DNA of 64,000 nt from NCBI GenBank assembly GCA_963781585.1, contig CAWAGQ010000007.1, positions 192,001 through 256,000 on the forward strand. The letters are read 5' to 3'. Position numbers and translations under genes: made by a program. The notes beneath the pieces are model-generated. The model worked only from the letters and a program-made list of their open reading frames with translations. It made no database searches and was not told the origin of the DNA. The stretch is from an uncultured Gemmatimonadaceae bacterium. Lineage in GTDB: Bacteria > Gemmatimonadota > Gemmatimonadetes > Gemmatimonadales > Gemmatimonadaceae. Shown piece by piece: positions 41,292 through 51,659 of this stretch. Within the stretch, counting starts at the first letter, position 1; each line of letters opens with the position of its first letter.

Positions 41292-41898
41292 TCAGCCGCC
41301 ACCGTCGGTCCCCTCCGTCCCCCGCGCGCCGGTGTCCAGCTGCTCGAGCAGGTACGCCTTGGCGCGCGTCCACTCGCGCTCGACCGTGCGCACCGACGTG
41401 CCGAGGATGTCAGCCGTCTCCACGACGTTGAACCCGCCGAAGAAACGAAGCTCCACGATCTGGGCCATGCGTTGGTTTCGCTGCGCCAGCCGGTCGATCG
41501 CTTCGTCCACCCCAAGCACATCACCAGCCGCGTCGTCCCCGGGCGACCTGATGTCATCAAGCGCGATCTGCACCGCCGAGCCGCCGCGCTTTTCGGCCCG
41601 CGCGCGACGGGCGTGATCCACCAGAATGTGGCGCATGGCCCGGCTGGCGAAGCCGAAGAACTGCGCGCGGCCCTCCCACTGTCCGCCGGCGTGTCCCACG
41701 AGCCGCAGATAGACCTCGTTCACCAGGGCGGTGGTGGCGAGCGTATCGTCCGGTCGCGACGCCAGCAGGCGCCGGTGCGCGATGGCACGCAGGTCATCGT
41801 ACACCAACGTCACCAGCGTGGAAAAGGCAGCCTCGTCCCCCTCGCTCCACTGGGCCAGGAGCTGGGTGACCTGCCCCGGGGAAGTGTCCATTGGCATC
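41292..41898 (-). CDS. ECF sigma factor of the Ser/Thr-kinase-associated type
   Basis: VTQLL, TLATTALVNEVYLRL, MRHILVDHAR..KRGG, VELRFFGG, TVEREW. Confidence 0.88.
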
Positions 41899-42122
41899 GG
41901 TGGCAGGGTGGCCGGAATGGTCGCTTCGGCCAACTTACCTACAGCCCACCTCGCCGCAATCCCCGCCGCTGAGCCCCATCCGTTCTTCCCCGCGAAGAGG
42001 GCTCGCCGGGCGTTGTCGCACGGGACGGCATTGGTCCGCCACGCCAGTGGCGGATGCCCCTCGCCGAGTGCGTTCAGGTATCAGCGCGGCACGCCGCCGT
42101 GATGAATTCCTGAAGGAGGTGC

Positions 42123-43439
42123 ATGATGCTCCTCACGTCGCGCCTGACTGCGATCGCCGGCCTGCTCGCCGGCGCGCTGACGGTCACCGCTTCTCCCGCC
42201 CACCTCGAGGCCCAGATCCTCAAGGGCCTGAAACAGGTCGCGAAGGATGCCGCCAAACGCGAGTTGCGCAACGAGGTGGATCGCATGGTGACCGAAGCGA
42301 TCCGGTGCAGCGTACGCGACCCGGCGTGCGTGAAGCGCGCGGAGGAAAAGGGGCAGCCGGTGGTCTTCACGGATGATTCCGGCGCGGTGATCACGGATGA
42401 CACGGGCAATCCCATCGGCGACGAGGAGACCGCCGCGGCGACAGTGGAAGGCCCCGGCGCAGACGTGTGGGCGAACTACGACTTTGTCCCGGGCGACCGG
42501 GTGCTGTTCACCGAGGACTACACCAACGACAATGTGGGCGACTTTCCCAAGCGGCTGCGCTTCCTCGACGGAAACATGGAGGTGGTGGAAGCGAAGGACG
42601 CGCGCTGGCTGCGGGCGACCTCCGGATCGGCCTTCGCGATCGAACTGAGCGACACACTGCCCGATCGCTTCACTCTGGAGTTTCCGGTGTTATGGAACCA
42701 CCCGAATCAATGGATGCGGGTGCTGTTCGCCGTCCCCGCCAAGCTGACGGTGAAAGCCCGTGGCGTGAACGGGTACAAGCGGCCGCACCTCCAGATCGAT
42801 GAGCGCAACACGGGGATCTACAGTTTCGACCACTCCACCCCGACGGCGTTGACGCCGATCAAGGGGAGAATCCTGCACGGTCCGGCGATGATCCGGCTCA
42901 TGGCAGACGGCCAGTACGTGAAGGTGTACGTGGGAGAAAAGCGAGTCGCGAATATTCCGCAAACCGACCTGGGCCGCGCCGACAAGCTGTGGTTCACCAT
43001 CGCCGACGCCACTGACAAGAATCCGATGTACGTGGGCCCGATTCGCGTGGCGGCCGGTGGCGCCGATCTCTACGACAAGCTCGCGGCCGACGGGCGGGTG
43101 ACCACGCGCGGTATCCTGTTCGACATCGACAGCGACCATATCCGTCCCGAGTCGACGCCGACGCTCGACGAGATCGGGACGATGCTCCAGGGCCACGCGG
43201 ACCTCCGCATCGCCATCGAAGGACACACCGACGACACCGGCGATGACGCGCACAACCAGGACCTGTCCGAACGGCGCGCGGCAAGCGTGAGGCAGTACCT
43301 GGTGGATCACTATGGCGTCGTCGCGACCCGTCTCGAAGCGCACGGCTATGGCGAGACCAGGCCCGTGGACACCAACGATACGCCCGAGGGGCGGCAGAAC
43401 AACCGGCGGGTGGAACTGGTGAAGCTGACTTCGGGCTGA
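42123..43439 (+). CDS. OmpA-family peptidoglycan-binding protein
   Basis: YDFVPGD, ILFD, IEGHTD, LSERRA, NRRVE; AAGGAGG RBS. Confidence 0.9.
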   Translation: MMLLTSRLTAIAGLLAGALTVTASPAHLEAQILKGLKQVAKDAAKRELRNEVDRMVTEAIRCSVRDPACVKRAEEKGQPVVFTDDSGAVITDDTGNPIGDEETAAATVEGPGADVWANYDFVPGDRVLFTEDYTNDNVGDFPKRLRFLDGNMEVVEAKDARWLRATSGSAFAIELSDTLPDRFTLEFPVLWNHPNQWMRVLFAVPAKLTVKARGVNGYKRPHLQIDERNTGIYSFDHSTPTALTPIKGRILHGPAMIRLMADGQYVKVYVGEKRVANIPQTDLGRADKLWFTIADATDKNPMYVGPIRVAAGGADLYDKLAADGRVTTRGILFDIDSDHIRPESTPTLDEIGTMLQGHADLRIAIEGHTDDTGDDAHNQDLSERRAASVRQYLVDHYGVVATRLEAHGYGETRPVDTNDTPEGRQNNRRVELVKLTSG

Positions 43440-43456
43440 GACCGGGAGGAATCGCG

Positions 43457-44209
43457 TCAGCCAGCCGCCAGCAACTCGCGGGTGGCCGGATGGGTGGGAT
43501 GCGCAAGAACGTCCACCGCCGGCCCGTGCTCCACCAGCGCGCCGTCGGCGAGGATCACCACCCGGTCGGCCGCGGCACGCGCGAATTCCACGTCGTGGGT
43601 GGCGATCAGCAGCGCCCGGCCGCCGCGAGCCAGTTCCCGCAGCGTGGCGCCTAACGCACTGCGCCGCGCGGGATCGAGCGCCGACGTGGGCTCGTCCATC
43701 AGGAGCAGCAGGGGGCCCGGCGCGAGCGCCCGGGCGATGGCCACCCGCTGGGCCTCGCCGCCCGAGAGCTGGCGGGGATAGGCCCGGGCGCGCTCCGCCA
43801 CCCCCAGCGCCTCGAGGAGCCCGGCGGCCACCGATTCGGCGCGCGTGCGACTCCAGCCCAGCGCGTGCACCGGCGCCAGGGTGATGTTATCCATCGCCGT
43901 GAGGTGGTCGAACAGCGAGTGCGCCTGAAACACCATCCCCACCTTGGCGCGCAGCGCCCTGAGCCGTGACTGCGGAGGCACCGGGCCCGGATGCAGCGAG
44001 ACGTCGTCGATCGTGATGGTGCCGGTCTGGAACGGCTCGAGCGCGGCGATGGCGCGCAGCGCGGTCGTCTTGCCGGCCCCCGACACTCCCATCAGCGCGC
44101 AGACCTCGCTGCGCGCGACCTCCAGATCGAGTCCCCGCAGGACAGCACGTGGACCGCGCGAGATCGACAGGCCCTGCACCGCGAGCGCGGTGCCGTTGCT
44201 CGCGTTCAC
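43457..44209 (-). CDS. Polar amino-acid ABC transporter ATPase
   Basis: GVSGAGKT, LSGGEAQRVAIARAL, DEPTSALDP. Confidence 0.9.
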   Translation of the reverse strand: MNASNGTALAVQGLSISRGPRAVLRGLDLEVARSEVCALMGVSGAGKTTALRAIAALEPFQTGTITIDDVSLHPGPVPPQSRLRALRAKVGMVFQAHSLFDHLTAMDNITLAPVHALGWSRTRAESVAAGLLEALGVAERARAYPRQLSGGEAQRVAIARALAPGPLLLLMDEPTSALDPARRSALGATLRELARGGRALLIATHDVEFARAAADRVVILADGALVEHGPAVDVLAHPTHPATRELLAAG

Positions 44210-45747
44210 GTGACGCGCAGCCGCTGCTCGAGACGGCGCGCCGCGTGCGAGAGCGGCAGCGACATTGCCAGATACACCAGCCCGCACAGCAGACCAGGCA
44301 CCAACCAGCTCCCGATATTCGTGGCGTAGATCGCCGTCTGCTTGGTGAGCTCGACCACGGTAATGACCGAGACGAGCGATGAATCCTTGAGCAACGCCAC
44401 GAAGTCGTTCGTCATCGGGGCCAGCGCGAGGCGCAGCGCCTGCGGCCCCCGCACCAGGCGCAGGATCATGCCTTCCGACAACCCCAGCGTGCGCGCCGCC
44501 TCCAGCTGCGACCGCGGGATGGCTTCGAGGGCGCCGCGATAGATCTCCGACTCATATGCGGCGTAGTTGAGCCCGAGGCCCACGACCGCGGCGACAAACG
44601 CGGGGAGCCGGACCACGCCCGACAGGCCATAGTAGATGACGAACAGCTGCAGCAGGACCGGCGTCCCCCGCATCACCTCGACGAACGCGTGCAGCAGGAC
44701 GCGCACGGGCCGGGGTCCGTAGATCCGCCCCGCGGCAATGCCGATGCCCGTCGCTACCGCCAGCGCCATCGAAAGACACGACAGCACCAGCGTCACCACC
44801 GCCGCACGCAACAGCGCCGGCAGATAGTTCGAAAGACGGCGCACCTGCACGCCGGTGGGAGCGCCAGGCGTTGCCGACGCCAGCACCGTCTGGAAGTACG
44901 CGGCCTCGCGATCGTCCCAGACGTTCCAGGCGCGAAACGTCTTCTCCAGCGATCCGTCGCCCATGCGCTCGCGCAGGATCGCATTGATCGAATCCCGAAG
45001 CGCGAGGTTCGACCGCGCCAGGACGCCCACGTAGTGCGCGACCGCGACCGGATCCGGCTGGATCACGAAGCCGCCGGTGCGCCGCAGCGATCGCTCGGCG
45101 ATGATGTGATCGAGCAGTACCGCGTCCACGCGACCGGCGACCAGATCGCTGTAGGGATGAACGTCGTCGTCGTACGAGACCGGCTGGAGCCCCAGACTGT
45201 CGCGGGCCGCAAGCAGGATCTCGTAGGCGGTGGTGGCGCCGAGGGTCGCGACGCGATGTCCCCGGAGATCTGCCAGGCGACGAAAGCGGCTGCTGTCGGC
45301 CGGGCGCACTGCGAGCACCTCGCGAAACTCGAAGTACGGTATGGTGACCGCGTGCCGCGCCCGGAGCTGCGGCCGATCCTCAACGCCGGACATGCCGATG
45401 TCGAAGTCGCCGCGCTCCACGGATGCTTCTATGGAAGACCAGGCGACCTGCACGAACTGCGGCTCCCGTCCCAGCCCTGCAGCGATCATGCTGGCGATGT
45501 CGACGTCAAAGCCCCGAACCTTCGTGGGGTCGGCCGGATCGGCCTCCACGAAGGGCGCCCCACCTTCGGCGTCACCGCCCCAACGGAGGAGAGGACCGAG
45601 CGCCGTGGCCGGGGCGGTGGTGCCCGCCTGTACACCCGGCGCCCGCTGGGCCGGCAGGGAAACGGAAGCGAGCACGATTGTGGCGGTGCCCACCAACACG
45701 CCGATCGGGCGGGCTCGCAGCGCTGTGTGCTGACCGCTGGCATACAT
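44206..45747 (-). CDS. Amino-acid ABC substrate-binding/permease fusion
   Basis: GFDVDIA, GRVDAV; RGTPVLLQL, AYESEIYRG, LKDSSL; start uncertain. Confidence 0.88.
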   Translation of the reverse strand: MYASGQHTALRARPIGVLVGTATIVLASVSLPAQRAPGVQAGTTAPATALGPLLRWGGDAEGGAPFVEADPADPTKVRGFDVDIASMIAAGLGREPQFVQVAWSSIEASVERGDFDIGMSGVEDRPQLRARHAVTIPYFEFREVLAVRPADSSRFRRLADLRGHRVATLGATTAYEILLAARDSLGLQPVSYDDDVHPYSDLVAGRVDAVLLDHIIAERSLRRTGGFVIQPDPVAVAHYVGVLARSNLALRDSINAILRERMGDGSLEKTFRAWNVWDDREAAYFQTVLASATPGAPTGVQVRRLSNYLPALLRAAVVTLVLSCLSMALAVATGIGIAAGRIYGPRPVRVLLHAFVEVMRGTPVLLQLFVIYYGLSGVVRLPAFVAAVVGLGLNYAAYESEIYRGALEAIPRSQLEAARTLGLSEGMILRLVRGPQALRLALAPMTNDFVALLKDSSLVSVITVVELTKQTAIYATNIGSWLVPGLLCGLVYLAMSLPLSHAARRLEQRLRVT

Positions 45748-46124
45748 CAGACCGACACTAAGGGCTGGGCGCGCCGCGTCAACGGCGATCCCAAGACAGC
45801 GATCAGCAATCAGCGGTCGAGCAAAGCGGCCGCGAAAGCTGATCGCCGATCGCTGTCGTCCTGTGACGAGTCGACAAGCGAGCACGAGCATAGAGCCGCG
45901 ACACGGCGCTGTGCCCGCGGGCAGCTGCAAGGCCCTGAACGATGACCGGCCTCTGTCCCGGGGCCCTTGCCCCATGGCCGATGACATCCATGACCTGTGG
46001 CCTGTCTCGATTGTGACCGCGGCCCGGCAGCCGGGGTCTCCACCTCACCGAGCGCACAGTTGCCAGTTCGCACCGCGCCGCCTACTTTCGTGAGCGTACC
46101 CCCGAACGGGGATCAATCCTGATC

Positions 46125-46259
46125 ATGTACTCCAGCTTCCTCACCTCCTCACTGCTTCGTGATCACGCGCCGCGTGCCTTTGCGCGCATGGGCGAAGTGT
46201 GCCCAATCGCGACGCGGATTGCGGTCGGCGACGTCACCGCCGGAGGACGAGCACCCTAG
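46125..46259 (+). CDS. Putative leader peptide, 44 aa, ending GGRAP*
   Basis: Manual translation MYSSFLTSSLLRDHAPRAFARMGEVCPIATRIAVGDVTAGGRAP*; lies 26 nt before a terminator. Confidence 0.55.
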   Translation: MYSSFLTSSLLRDHAPRAFARMGEVCPIATRIAVGDVTAGGRAP

Positions 46260-46285
46260 GGGAACAGGATTCGAGGTCGTGATCC

Positions 46286-46324
46286 GGCCTTTCGGGTGCA
46301 GCAGACCCGAAAGGCCTTTTTGTT
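46286..46324 (+). terminator. Intrinsic terminator in the 5' leader of the ABC gene (attenuator)
   Basis: GGCCTTTCGGGT-GCAGCAG-ACCCGAAAGGCC perfect 12-bp stem followed by TTTTTGTT. Confidence 0.85.
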
Positions 46325-46349
46325 GCGCCTCACTCAACGGATCACGGAC

Positions 46350-48656
46350 ATGAATCAGGTTCTCATCGATCGCGAAGTCATCGAGCGGTACGCGGGCCAG
46401 CCTTCGCGTCTCCCTCCGCACGTTCGCGCGCAGATCGAGCGGGCGTGGGGCGGCGAGCCGGTACAGCTGTACGCCCTGGCCGATCTCGACGGTGCCCTCC
46501 GACTCGGCGAGTCGTGGCTCGCGTTAGGCCCGCGGCACCTGGCGATTGCCAGACGCGGCGATCATCCGTCGGCGATTCGGCTTCCCGACCGGGCGGCGGA
46601 TCGCGCTCCGCGCGCGCACGATGTGCAGATCGTCGATCGCTCACGGATCCAGGCGGTCCAGCAGGCGCCCGGGCTCAGCGCGAACACACTGATCGTGCTC
46701 GGCGCTCCTGACGACCCGCCGCTGGCGGTGGTGCGCTACACGCAGCGCCAGCGGGGAGCGTTCGAGAACATCCGCTTTGTCCTCGAGGAGGCGCTGGCGG
46801 GGCGCACGGTCACGGCCAGCGACGGCGACCGCATGTACGCCGAGTCGGTGGCGCGCCCGGTGCGGGACGCACAGGCGCTGGTGGCCAGGCGGCGGTCGGC
46901 GGTGCTGCTCCGCCTGCTGGGCTATCTGCAGCCATATCGGCGTCAGCTCCTGCTGGGCCTCTCGGCGGCGGCCGTGATCACGCTGGCCAGTCTCGTTCCT
47001 CCGTATCTGGCCGGCTTCATCATCGACCGCGCCGTGCGACCGGTGCAGGAGGGAACGCTGTCGCGCGGCGCCGCCGGCACGATGGCGTGGCTGGCGGTGG
47101 CGACGATGGCGGTGCTGTACGTGATCCGTCAGGCGGCGGCGCACGTGCGGCTGCGGCTCATGTCGGTGCTGGGCGAGCTGGTCGCGCGCGACCTGCGAGC
47201 GGAGTTGTACGAGCACATTCAGCGGTTGAGCCTGTCCTTCTTCTCGCGAAAGAAGACGGGGAGCCTGATCACGCGGGTCACATCGGACACCGACCGCCTG
47301 TGGGACTTCCTGGCGTTCGGCGTGGTGGACGTGTCGCTGTCGCTGATCATGATCCTCGGCCTGTCGATCGTGCTGCTCGCGCTCGACTGGCGGCTCGGCC
47401 TGGTCATGACGCTGCCGGTGCCGGTGTTCTGCTGGCTGATCTACTGGCACGGCGAATCGCTGCAGCGGCTCTTCCTGCGCGCGTGGCGCAAGTGGTCGCG
47501 GGTGACCGACGTACTGTCGGACACCATCCCGGGCATCCGGGTGGTGAAGGCGTTCAACCAGGAGGCGCGCGAGATCGGCCGGTTCGGCGAGCGCAACGAC
47601 GCGGTGACCGAGGAATTCAACCGCATTCACCGGATGTGGACCCTGTTCTGGCCGTTGCTGATGTTCGCGGTGCACGCCACCACGATCATGGTGTGGGTGT
47701 TTGCCGTGCCGCGCTTGTTAGGCGACGGCGATCCGTTGTCGGCCGGCGTGTTCGTGTCGTTCCTGCTGTACACCACCATGTTCGTGGCCCCGATCGAGGT
47801 GATCGGGCAGATGGCGCGGACCATGAACCGGGCCACGTCGTCGGCGCACCGCGTGTTCGAGGTGCTCGACAGCCAGCCCGAGGTGCGGGACGCCCCGGAG
47901 CCGGTGCGGCTGATGCCGGTGCAGGGCGAGGTGCGGTTCGAGAACGTGACCTTCGCCTACGACGGCGTGCGGCAGGTGTTGCGCGGGATCTCGTTCGCGG
48001 TGCAGCCGGGGGAGCTGATCGGGCTGGTGGGTCCATCGGGAGGCGGAAAGTCCACGGTGGTGAGTCTGATCGCGCGATTCTACGACGCCTCGGGCGGCGT
48101 GGTGCGCATCGACGGGGTGGACGTGCGCCGGCTGGACACCGGGCACTATCGCCAGCAGCTGGGGATGGTGCTCCAGGATCCGTACCTGTTTCACGGGACC
48201 GTGCTGGAGAACATCCGGTACGGTCTCCCGGAGGCGTCGTTAGGTGAGACGGTGGCGGCGGCGCAGGCGGCCAACGCCCACGACTTCATCTGCAAGCTGG
48301 GACAGGGCTATGACACGGTGGTGGGGGAACGCGGGCACACGCTTTCGGGCGGGGAACGCCAGCGGATCTCGATCGCGCGCGCGATTCTGCACAATCCCCG
48401 GATTCTGATTCTCGACGAGGCGACCAGCAGCGTGGACACCGAAACCGAGCGTGAGATCCAGGAAGCGCTGGAACGGCTCATTGCCGGGCGGACCGTCTTT
48501 GCCATCGCGCACCGGCTGTCGACGCTGCGCCGGGCATCACGGTTGTTCGTGATGGAGCAGGGACGGCTCACGGAATGCGGGACGCACCACGAACTGTTAC
48601 AGAAGCACGACGGAACGTACCGAAGGTTGTATGAGATGCAGCTTCAATTGCAGTGA
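46350..48656 (+). CDS. ABC exporter (TMD plus NBD) with extra N-terminal domain
   Basis: GSLITRVTSD, GPSGGGKST, LSGGERQR, DEATS; ~190 aa N-terminal extension. Confidence 0.92.
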   Translation: MNQVLIDREVIERYAGQPSRLPPHVRAQIERAWGGEPVQLYALADLDGALRLGESWLALGPRHLAIARRGDHPSAIRLPDRAADRAPRAHDVQIVDRSRIQAVQQAPGLSANTLIVLGAPDDPPLAVVRYTQRQRGAFENIRFVLEEALAGRTVTASDGDRMYAESVARPVRDAQALVARRRSAVLLRLLGYLQPYRRQLLLGLSAAAVITLASLVPPYLAGFIIDRAVRPVQEGTLSRGAAGTMAWLAVATMAVLYVIRQAAAHVRLRLMSVLGELVARDLRAELYEHIQRLSLSFFSRKKTGSLITRVTSDTDRLWDFLAFGVVDVSLSLIMILGLSIVLLALDWRLGLVMTLPVPVFCWLIYWHGESLQRLFLRAWRKWSRVTDVLSDTIPGIRVVKAFNQEAREIGRFGERNDAVTEEFNRIHRMWTLFWPLLMFAVHATTIMVWVFAVPRLLGDGDPLSAGVFVSFLLYTTMFVAPIEVIGQMARTMNRATSSAHRVFEVLDSQPEVRDAPEPVRLMPVQGEVRFENVTFAYDGVRQVLRGISFAVQPGELIGLVGPSGGGKSTVVSLIARFYDASGGVVRIDGVDVRRLDTGHYRQQLGMVLQDPYLFHGTVLENIRYGLPEASLGETVAAAQAANAHDFICKLGQGYDTVVGERGHTLSGGERQRISIARAILHNPRILILDEATSSVDTETEREIQEALERLIAGRTVFAIAHRLSTLRRASRLFVMEQGRLTECGTHHELLQKHDGTYRRLYEMQLQLQ

Positions 48657-48704
48657 ACTCCCGGCGCTTTTCCTGAGAGCTGACCGATGATGATTGGAGG
48701 GCCA

Positions 48705-49247
48705 ATGCAAACGATGGAGTTTCCTGAACTGACCGAACCGGTGGAGCGGGCATCGCCTCCCCCGGTGCGGCATCCGACCGTCTTCGCTCCCGGTCCGTTT
48801 CTGCGGATCGGGGCCGACGGCCGCCTGATATTCCACGGCGCGGGGGCGCCGGTCGCCGTGCGGCTCCGCCAGTGCTTTCCGTGGTCGGAGCCACACCGGT
48901 ACGTGTCGCTGCGCGATGCCGACGATCGCGAGATCGCGCTGGTCGACGATCCGGCATCGCTGGACGAACACTCACGTCAGGCGCTGGAACAGGCGCTGGC
49001 CGAGGCGGGCTTCGTGCTGGACGTGACAAGGGTCGTCGACGTCGACGAGGAGGTGGAGATCCGCCACTGGACGGTGCACACGGAACAGGGCGAGCGCACG
49101 TTCCAGACCCACCTCGACGACTGGCCGCGCGTGCTGCCGGATGGCGGGCTGCTCATTCGCGACGTGGCTGGAGATCTGTACCGACTGGACAATCCGGCCA
49201 GCCTCGACAAGCGGAGCCGCGAGCTCTTGTGGGCGTTCGTGGACTGA
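48705..49247 (+). CDS. DUF1854-like protein
   Basis: FPWSEPHRYVSLRD, WTVHTEQGERTF, LLIRDVAGDLY, LDKRSR; GGAGG before ATG 48705. Confidence 0.75.
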   Translation: MQTMEFPELTEPVERASPPPVRHPTVFAPGPFLRIGADGRLIFHGAGAPVAVRLRQCFPWSEPHRYVSLRDADDREIALVDDPASLDEHSRQALEQALAEAGFVLDVTRVVDVDEEVEIRHWTVHTEQGERTFQTHLDDWPRVLPDGGLLIRDVAGDLYRLDNPASLDKRSRELLWAFVD

Positions 49248-49252
49248 TCGGG

Positions 49253-50503
49253 TCAGGCCCGCTCCGCCGCGGGCCCGGCAGGGTCGGCGACGCGCGAGCG
49301 CGTCGCCGACCAGTACAGGCCAAAGCACCCCACCGTCAGCAGCGCCGCGGTGAAGAACGCGGCGCCGGGCACCTGGACCGGGGAGTCCGCCGCGGTGAAG
49401 TGGCCGAATAACCCCGTCATGATCGGCGGTCCGATAATCGAGCTGAGCGAAAACAGCGCGGCCACCGCGCCCTGCAATTCACCCTGGGCGTCAGGCTCCA
49501 CCCGGTGCGACATGATGGCGTTGGTCATCGGCATGACGATGGCGCCGACCAGCCAGGTGGTGAGCCACGCGAACATCATCCACCCCGCCGTCGCCGCGCC
49601 GTATCCGGCATAGCCTAACGCGGCGACGAAGACTCCCAGCAGTCCGGCACGGCGCTCGCCGACCCGTCGCACCAGCAGCCGCGGCATCGTCGTCTGGGCC
49701 AGCGTCATCACCGCCCCGGCCGCCGCCAGCGACAGGCCGATCATCGCTTCCGACCAGCCGAAACGATACCTGGTGTAGAAGCTCCAGGTGGTGGGCATCA
49801 CCTGGTTGGCGAGCATCCAGAGAAACATCGCGCCGAGCAACCCGGACACCAACGGCTGCCGCCGCATCTGGCGCAGCGTGCCGAGAGGATTGGCGCGCGT
49901 CCAGTGAAATGGACGCCGTCGCTCCGCTGGCAGCGATTCCGGCAGCACGAAAGTGCCGTAGAGAAGATTGAGCCCGCCCAGGATCGCGGCCGCGAAGAAG
50001 GGCGCCCGCGGTCCCAGTCCGCCCAGCAGGCCGCCGATCGCCGGCCCGGCAATGAACCCCACGCCGAACATCGCGCTGATCACCCCGAAGTGCTGCGCGC
50101 GCTTTTCCGGTGGACTGATGTCGGCCACGTACGCGTAGGCGGGCGTGAACGAGGCGCCGGCCATTCCCGAAATCGTGCGTCCAAGAAAGAGCCAGCCTAA
50201 CGTGGGCGCCAGCCCCATGATCAGGTAGTCCACGCCCAGGGCACCGATGGCGATCAGCAGGACCGGCCGGCGGCCGAAGCGGTCTGAGAGATTTCCCAGC
50301 ACCGGCGCACACAGGAACTGCATGGTGGCATACACGAACGCCAGCCACCCGCCGTCGACCGCCGCCTGACTCACCCCCTTGCCCGTCAGCTGCACGAGCA
50401 ACGTCGGCAGCACCGGGATGATCAGCCCGAAGCCGACGGTGTCGAGCAGCAGCGTGATGGCGACGAAGGCGAGTGCGTGGCGCCCGGGCGCGCGCGTCGG
50501 CAT
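49253..50503 (-). CDS. TetA/TCR-like MFS transporter
   Basis: LDTVGFGLIIPVLP, GNLSDRFGRRPVL, AYVAD, LPESL, QGELQG. Confidence 0.92.
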   Translation of the reverse strand: MPTRAPGRHALAFVAITLLLDTVGFGLIIPVLPTLLVQLTGKGVSQAAVDGGWLAFVYATMQFLCAPVLGNLSDRFGRRPVLLIAIGALGVDYLIMGLAPTLGWLFLGRTISGMAGASFTPAYAYVADISPPEKRAQHFGVISAMFGVGFIAGPAIGGLLGGLGPRAPFFAAAILGGLNLLYGTFVLPESLPAERRRPFHWTRANPLGTLRQMRRQPLVSGLLGAMFLWMLANQVMPTTWSFYTRYRFGWSEAMIGLSLAAAGAVMTLAQTTMPRLLVRRVGERRAGLLGVFVAALGYAGYGAATAGWMMFAWLTTWLVGAIVMPMTNAIMSHRVEPDAQGELQGAVAALFSLSSIIGPPIMTGLFGHFTAADSPVQVPGAAFFTAALLTVGCFGLYWSATRSRVADPAGPAAERA

Positions 50504-50658
50504 GGAGTTCCTCCGGCCCGGATACTGACCCCGAGGCCACGCCCGAGCAACGGTCCGGCGGCCGCCGGCCGGTCGCGATCCCAATGGCCCGGCTCCACTT
50601 GCCTCGCCGCAGGGTGCCGTTGAGATTGACCACGTAGACCCTATCCCCCGGCGTCGAT

Positions 50659-51558
50659 ATGCAAACATCATTCTCAGCTCCGGCCCGCGTACGTCTCGCC
50701 GCGCCACTCTTCTGTGCGGCGACGCTCTTCCTCGCCGTACCCGATCTCCAAGCGCAGCGGGGCGGCGGAGGTCGCGGTGGATCGCCCGAACTCCGCCAGG
50801 CCGCCAGCCTCGACACCGACGGAAAGACAACCGAAGCGCGCGCCATCTATCAGCGGCTCGCCGATCAGGCCACCGACCCGGCCACCAAGGCCAACCTCCA
50901 GCGGTCCGTGGCGATGTCGTACGCGTTCGACGGTGACTGCGCGAATACCGTCAAGTACGAGGAGATGGTCATCGCTTACTGGATGACACGCGAACAGGCC
51001 GAGCCGCAGAACGCCTTCTATCAGGAAGGCGAGATGGCCGATGAAGGGGCCCGCGTCTGCATCGATGCCGGCGATCTCGCGATCTCGGAGCGGATGTATC
51101 GGCGAGGCTACGAACTCGGCACCCGGGAGCCCGACCCGAAGACGCATCCGAAGAGCCTCTGGGACTATCGGCTCGCGCACGCCCTGGGGCGCATCGCCGC
51201 GCGTCGCGGCGACAAGGCCGAGGCGCAGCGCCAGATCCAGGCCGCGCGAAAAGCCCTGGACGGCGACCCCGCAATGGCCGAACAGCAGGAGCGGTTCTTC
51301 CCGTACCTCGTCGGCTACGTCGCCCTTTTTACGAATGACCTCAAGACCGCGGAATCGGAATTCACGAAGATGCTCGGCATGCAGGGAAACCAGAACGATC
51401 CCTTCATGAACTGCCTGCTGGCGATGACCTACGAGAAGATGGGCAATGCGGACAAGGCGAAGGAGCTGTACCAGAAAGCCTACGACCTCGCCACCGCGCA
51501 CAATCCGCCCGCGGCATTCGTGCGCCCTTACGCGCGCAAGAAGATCGCCACGTCGTGA
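50659..51558 (+). CDS. Secreted TPR-like helical protein
   Basis: Signal peptide; LAMTYEKMGNADKAKELYQKA. Confidence 0.75.
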   Translation: MQTSFSAPARVRLAAPLFCAATLFLAVPDLQAQRGGGGRGGSPELRQAASLDTDGKTTEARAIYQRLADQATDPATKANLQRSVAMSYAFDGDCANTVKYEEMVIAYWMTREQAEPQNAFYQEGEMADEGARVCIDAGDLAISERMYRRGYELGTREPDPKTHPKSLWDYRLAHALGRIAARRGDKAEAQRQIQAARKALDGDPAMAEQQERFFPYLVGYVALFTNDLKTAESEFTKMLGMQGNQNDPFMNCLLAMTYEKMGNADKAKELYQKAYDLATAHNPPAAFVRPYARKKIATS

Positions 51559-51659
51559 ACCGGCGGTCTCCCGACTCGTCGATCCCCGGATCTGAACCGA
51601 CCCCTCCCCTGGATCGCCGGTGACGACTGGCAGGGTCGGGTGTTCGTAGGGTGTTTCGC

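Noticed and set aside
46099..46324. Known riboswitch or T-box in the ABC leader
   Set aside because: No recognisable aptamer or T-box consensus by eye; the uORF model fits better, but an Rfam scan was not run
49253..50503. Calling the MFS a tetracycline resistance gene
   Set aside because: Family motifs only; no tetR or mobile context, substrate unknown
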